Shown here: piece by piece, positions 59,031 through 64,000 of the stretch
How positions within the stretch are numbered: position 1 is the stretch's first letter
Layout of the letters: every line of letters starts with the position of its first letter
NCBI GenBank assembly: GCA_964016885.1
Contig: OZ024740.1
Location: 438,588,001-438,652,000 of the forward strand
DNA length: 64,000 nt
Origin: Eledone cirrhosa
Lineage: Eukaryota
Reading direction: 5' to 3'
Notes under the pieces: generated by a model
Told to the model about the DNA's origin: nothing
The model's database searches: none
The model's input: only the letters and a program-made list of their open reading frames with translations
Program-made: the position numbers and the translations under genes

Positions 59031-60061
59031 GGCCGGCAGGTTTGATTTCCGGATCTTTTCCATTGCATTCAATGCTCCCCAGGTTTTCCCAGTCTGATGT
59101 TAACATCATGTTCTGTGGAGGCGATATAGCTACCCAGGTATTTGAAGTCGTCAACTTGCTTGATTATATCGCCGTTTAGACTTCGCATACCAACTGAGGA
59201 TTCTTGGTTCAGGCAAATATATTCTGTTTTGCCTGCGTTGACATAGAGTCCCATTTCCTTTGCAACTGATTCGATGCTGTGAAGTAGTGATGTTGCATCC
59301 TTAAGGTAGTCAGCGAGGACCGCTAAACCATCCGCATAGTCAGCATCGGTGATTTTCTGAGCTGCATGGCGTCAACACTTTCGCTTTGTGAGAGTGAAAC
59401 CAAGCTCTAAGTTTTCGTCCAGGGCTTTTCTCAATACATAGTCGAGGTTGATTATAAAAATATATGGTGCAAGAGTATCCCCTTGGAGTACTCCTGCAAT
59501 GATATCAAAGAAGTTGGTATCTGCATCAGGTGAGCGCACCATTGCGCGGGTGTTTTTATATAACATCATGATGGCATTTACTGTTTCCTTTGGCAAGCCG
59601 TAGGCTAGATGTATCTCTCTCATCCTGCCACGATGGATGGAATCGAATGCTTTTGAAAAGTCAATAAACAAGAAAGCTGCTGGGAGGTTTTTGGCTTTTA
59701 CGCCTTTCCAGATACGCCGAATAGTAAGTATTTGCCCTGATGTTGATCTGTTGGTGACGAAGCCATTTTGTTTTTTTCTCAGCAAGGGGTCAATAACAGG
59801 TCTTATTCTGTCAAACAGCATGAGATTGTATATCTTTGCGGCAATTGCCATTAGTGTGATGCCATGGTAGATTTTAGCCATTCCAAGAACGCCCTTTTTG
59901 GCAAAAGGGAGTATACATCCCTCAGTCCATTTGTCTATGGGGTCTTGATTATAGACACCATTACACAACTCTAGTAGGATTGAGTGAAATTCAGGTACCT
60001 TCCACACTTCAGCTGGGATCTCGTCGAGTCCGCAAGCTTTTCCGTTACCAATACTTTTCAC
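59031..60061 (-). mobile_element. Internal RT fragment of an RTE-clade LINE
   Basis: Motifs GKACGLDEIPAEVWK, FIDFSKAFDSI, GVLQGDTLAPYIF, DYADG and FKYLGS. Confidence 0.88.
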
Positions 60062-60063
60062 TC

Positions 60064-60265
60064 ACAATCTGGTAGGAAGGTATACGTTGCTGACGATAGC
60101 TAATAAGCTTGAAACTAGTACAGCGTTCCTTTGTCAGTGTTGAACAAACGAGCAACGATGGTTGCTAGACACTATGGCTTAATACGGGATGTTTGTTTAC
60201 AAACACACCGAGCATTATAATAAATGTTCGGTGAATCCATACGTACATATATATATGTGTGCATG

Positions 60266-60341
<76 letters not shown>

Positions 60342-60869
60342 CTACGGTACGTCTGTATACATATATGTATGTACGTGTACATACTTATATTTAAGTAACA
60401 GCCGTACTAAGAGTGGGAAATGAAATTTCGTTTCATTTTTTTCCGTTTATCGTTTTCGGTGCACCCGGCCGATTAACCCACCCGATATGCAAATTGGGCT
60501 ACTCAGTAGTTAATATGCATAAGGTATGTATATACGTTCAACAATCTGACAGGAAGGTATACGTTGCTGACGATAGCTAATAAGCTTGAAACTAGTACAG
60601 CGTTCCTTTGTCAGTGTTGTACAAACGAGCAGCAATGGTTAATAGACACTACGGCTTAATAGGGGTTATTTGTTTACAAACACACCGAGCATTATAATAA
60701 ATGATCGGTGAATCCATACGTACATATATATATGTGTGCATGTATGTATATATATATACATACTACGGTACGTCTGTATACATATATGTATGTACGTGTA
60801 CATACTTATATTTAAGTAACAGCCGTACTAAGAGTGGAAAATGAAATTTCGTTTCATTTTCTCGTTTAT
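60064..60869 (+). mobile_element. Tandem non-coding repeat (477-bp period, about 1.7 copies) with one HHR per unit; retrozyme-like
   Basis: acaatctg..aggaaggtatacgttgctgacga occurs at 60064 and 60541. Ends in (TA)n. Confidence 0.8.
60084..60126 (+). ncRNA. Minimal type I hammerhead (identical copy at 60561-60603)
   Basis: acgttg-CTGACGA-t-agc-taataa-gct-t-GAAA-ctag-TA-cagcgt. Confidence 0.88.
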
Positions 60870-60973
60870 ATATATATACATATACATATATATATATACA
60901 TATATATATATATAAAATATTAAACAAATAATGAATAAACAATGAGACTGTTCCTTATATTAAACAAAAAAAG

Positions 60974-61127
60974 TTCATTATTTAACGATCGTTTCTAGGA
61001 TATATATGTGTTAGAATTGGCATGCATATTCAACAGATCTATGTACAAAATTATACAAAATTATACAAACTATCAAGATTAAATATACATACCAACACAT
61101 ATATACGCCGTCTTCAGAAATAATGAA
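60974..61127 (-). ncRNA. Type I hammerhead with a stem II domain of about 115 nt
   Basis: Minus strand reads ttcattattt-CTGAAGA-c-gg..tatatatgtgttgg...ctaacacatatata..cc-ta-GAAA-cgatcg-TT-aaataatgaa, with a 10-bp stem I. Confidence 0.72.
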
Positions 61128-61949
61128 GTATATTTATTGATAATAACAACAATTCAAAATTTCAGGTCCGTTTGGGAACAAAATTGACCAATGAAAACAC
61201 AAAGGGTTAAATGCAGTTCGGTGTGTGTATATACATGTAAAACCCTTACACATATTTTACAAAAATGTATGTATAATTTGTATACGCATACTAAAAGGAT
61301 GGATGCAAATACAAAATTTCAAGGTTAATGTCTCTGTAAGTTTATAATGCACAGATAAGATGCGTATAGACACACAGATATGAAATTAAGTATATAAATA
61401 TATTTTTCCATACTCACTCATATCCGTACAATCACACATACACGCGCGTATATGCATAAATATACACATAACCACGAACATACAAACACACACACACCCC
61501 CACTCACATTTATATATGTGGATATAAAATCATAAGCACATGGATATTAATTCACTCACATAAACACTGGCACACACATTTAGATCAAGATACAGAAATT
61601 AGGTGGGAGGGGGGGGAGAGGTCAGTATTCAACGGTCTGAGCAGACTGCCTAATATAGATGTATCTATAAACTAAGAAAATAAAAAATAATAAATAATAA
61701 ATAAACATTAAAGAGGAAGGAATAGAAAGAAAAAAGAAAAAATTAGTTAACACATAATTAATGGTATACTTGTTTATTTTGAGATGCATAGATTTTGCCT
61801 TATTTCTTGTTTATTGTACTTCCTAACACTGAAACTATGTAAAAACATACATTGGATCAAGATACGGAAAATATTCTATGTTTCTTGAAACATATATTTA
61901 CTATGATCCCCTTCTCCAAACCCCCCCCTTTCCCCCATACTATTATCAT

Positions 61950-62160
61950 CTGTATTTGTAAGCGTGTATGTATGAATATATATGTAGGTAGGTGTCTATA
62001 TATGTTTGGGTATTTATATCTGAATATAAAAATACATATATGCGCATGCAAATATGAATGTAAGATTGTGTGTGTATATATGAGTGTGCGTATGTATGTA
62101 TATATGTGTATATATGCATGTGTATATGTATGTGTATGTGAATGTGTGTATGTGTATGTG

Positions 62161-62195
<35 letters not shown>

Positions 62196-62451
62196 GTGTA
62201 TATATATATATATGTATATATATATATGTATGTATATATATATGTGTGTGTATGTATGTGTGTGTATGTGTGTTGTATATATATGTATGTCTCTCTATTT
62301 ATATGTCTATCTTCGTATCTATGTGGATATATGTGTGTGTGTGCATGTATACACATATATGTGTTTATGTGTATATGTGTGTATGTGTGTATATATGCGT
62401 GTGTGCACACACATATATATGTGAGTGTGTATATGTGTCTGTGTATATGTA

Positions 62452-62488
<37 letters not shown>

Positions 62489-62547
62489 GTGTCTATGTGT
62501 GAATATATGTCTATATTCGTATGTGTGTATATATGTATGTATATGTT

Positions 62548-62582
<35 letters not shown>

Positions 62583-62836
62583 ATATATATGTATATATAT
62601 ATATATTATTTATTATTATAATATAACTTATGTGTATGCGTGTATATGTGAGGGTGTGTATGTGTATATAATATGTGTATATATAAGTGTAAAAAAAATA
62701 TATATATATGTGCATGTCTGTTTTTTATGTGTGTGTATATATATATATATACGTGTGTATATATATGTATATGTGGGTGTTTGTATGTGTATTTATGGTG
62801 GTATGTGTGTGTGGGTATGTATATATATATGTGAAT

Positions 62837-62890
<54 letters not shown>

Positions 62891-63246
62891 ATATATATCT
62901 CTATTAATGCGTGTATATATGTATATGCATATGCCTTTTTATTTTTATTTTTTATTTGTATGTCTGAGTTGGGTGAAGTTGTAGTGGTGTTTCTATGTAT
63001 ATACGCATATATGGATGCGTATGTATTTGTATATATGAGTATATGTAAGTGCATATGTATGTATGATTATATATCTAATTCTATGTATGAATATACATGT
63101 ATATATATGTGTGTATGTAAGTTGTGTGTGTATGTATGTATATGTCTATGTGTCTATATATATATGTATGTATATCTATGTATGTGTATGTATGTACATG
63201 TATGTCTATGTATGTGTGTATGTATGTGTGTGTGTATATATATATG

Positions 63247-63277
<31 letters not shown>

Positions 63278-63324
63278 GTATATATCTTTATTATTTATTT
63301 TTTATATATATGTGTGTGTGTGTA

Positions 63325-63357
<33 letters not shown>

Positions 63358-63526
63358 CTTTATATATGTGTATGTGTATGTTCGTGTAGGTGTATGTGTG
63401 TGTATGACTTTATATGTATGTGTGTATGTGTGTATGCGTATATATTTCTATGTGTGTGCACATGTATGTATGTGTGTGTATGTGTATGTGTGTGTATGTG
63501 TATATGTATGTATATATATATATATA

Positions 63527-63557
<31 letters not shown>

Positions 63558-63899
63558 GTGTGTATAACAATTTATATATATATCTATATGTTTTTCTATT
63601 TGTATATGTATGTGTGTATAGGTATATACCTTTCTCTTTGTATGTCTAAGTTGTGTGATAGTGTAGTGGTGTTTGTATGTATATACCGATATATAGATGC
63701 GTAAGTATTTGTCTGTATGTATGTATGTAAGTCTGTATATATTTGTGTGTATATATAGCTATGTATGTGTATATCTGTATGTATATTAGTATGTAAGTGT
63801 TGTATATGTGCATGTATGTGTGTGGTTATATATATGTGTGTCTATATAGTATGTGTGATTATATATATATGTATGTGTATATGTATGTGTATATACATG

Positions 63900-63946
<47 letters not shown>

Positions 63947-64000
63947 ATTTGTATGTATATGTGTATATGTATGTATGTGTGTATATGTATATGTTTATAT
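61950..64000. repeat. Degenerate (TA)/(TG) low-complexity tract
   Basis: Seen directly. The long ORFs here are compositional artefacts. Confidence 0.92.

Overview
This is very AT-rich eukaryotic (animal) repeat DNA with no recognisable host gene. A tRNA-derived SINE at 31.4 kb and the (TA)n/(CA)n landscape suggest an octopod or other cephalopod genome, which is inference only. Nearly everything between the (TA)n tracts is retroelement-derived. There are three near-full-length Penelope-like elements (PLEs; RT plus C-terminal GIY-YIG) with pseudo-LTRs, and a Neptune-type PLE present as a 5.2-kb palindrome and as a third copy. There are also many 5'-truncated PLE tails, two CR1/L2-group LINEs, RTE fragments and SINEs. 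Reading by hand finds about 40 type I hammerhead ribozyme (HHR) motifs from about 20 sequence families. They include U3-A8 core variants, large stem II insertions, mismatched stem II bases and one pseudoknot-like variant. Two non-coding tandem arrays (617-nt and 477-nt units) carry one intact HHR per unit and look like retrozyme/circular-RNA elements. Many inserts have two outward-facing 3' ends, sometimes from unrelated families, suggesting priming from both ends of the self-complementary (TA)n target. All RNA folds were done by eye and need computational and biochemical confirmation. Most ORF-track entries ([10 protein letters not shown]) are microsatellite artefacts.
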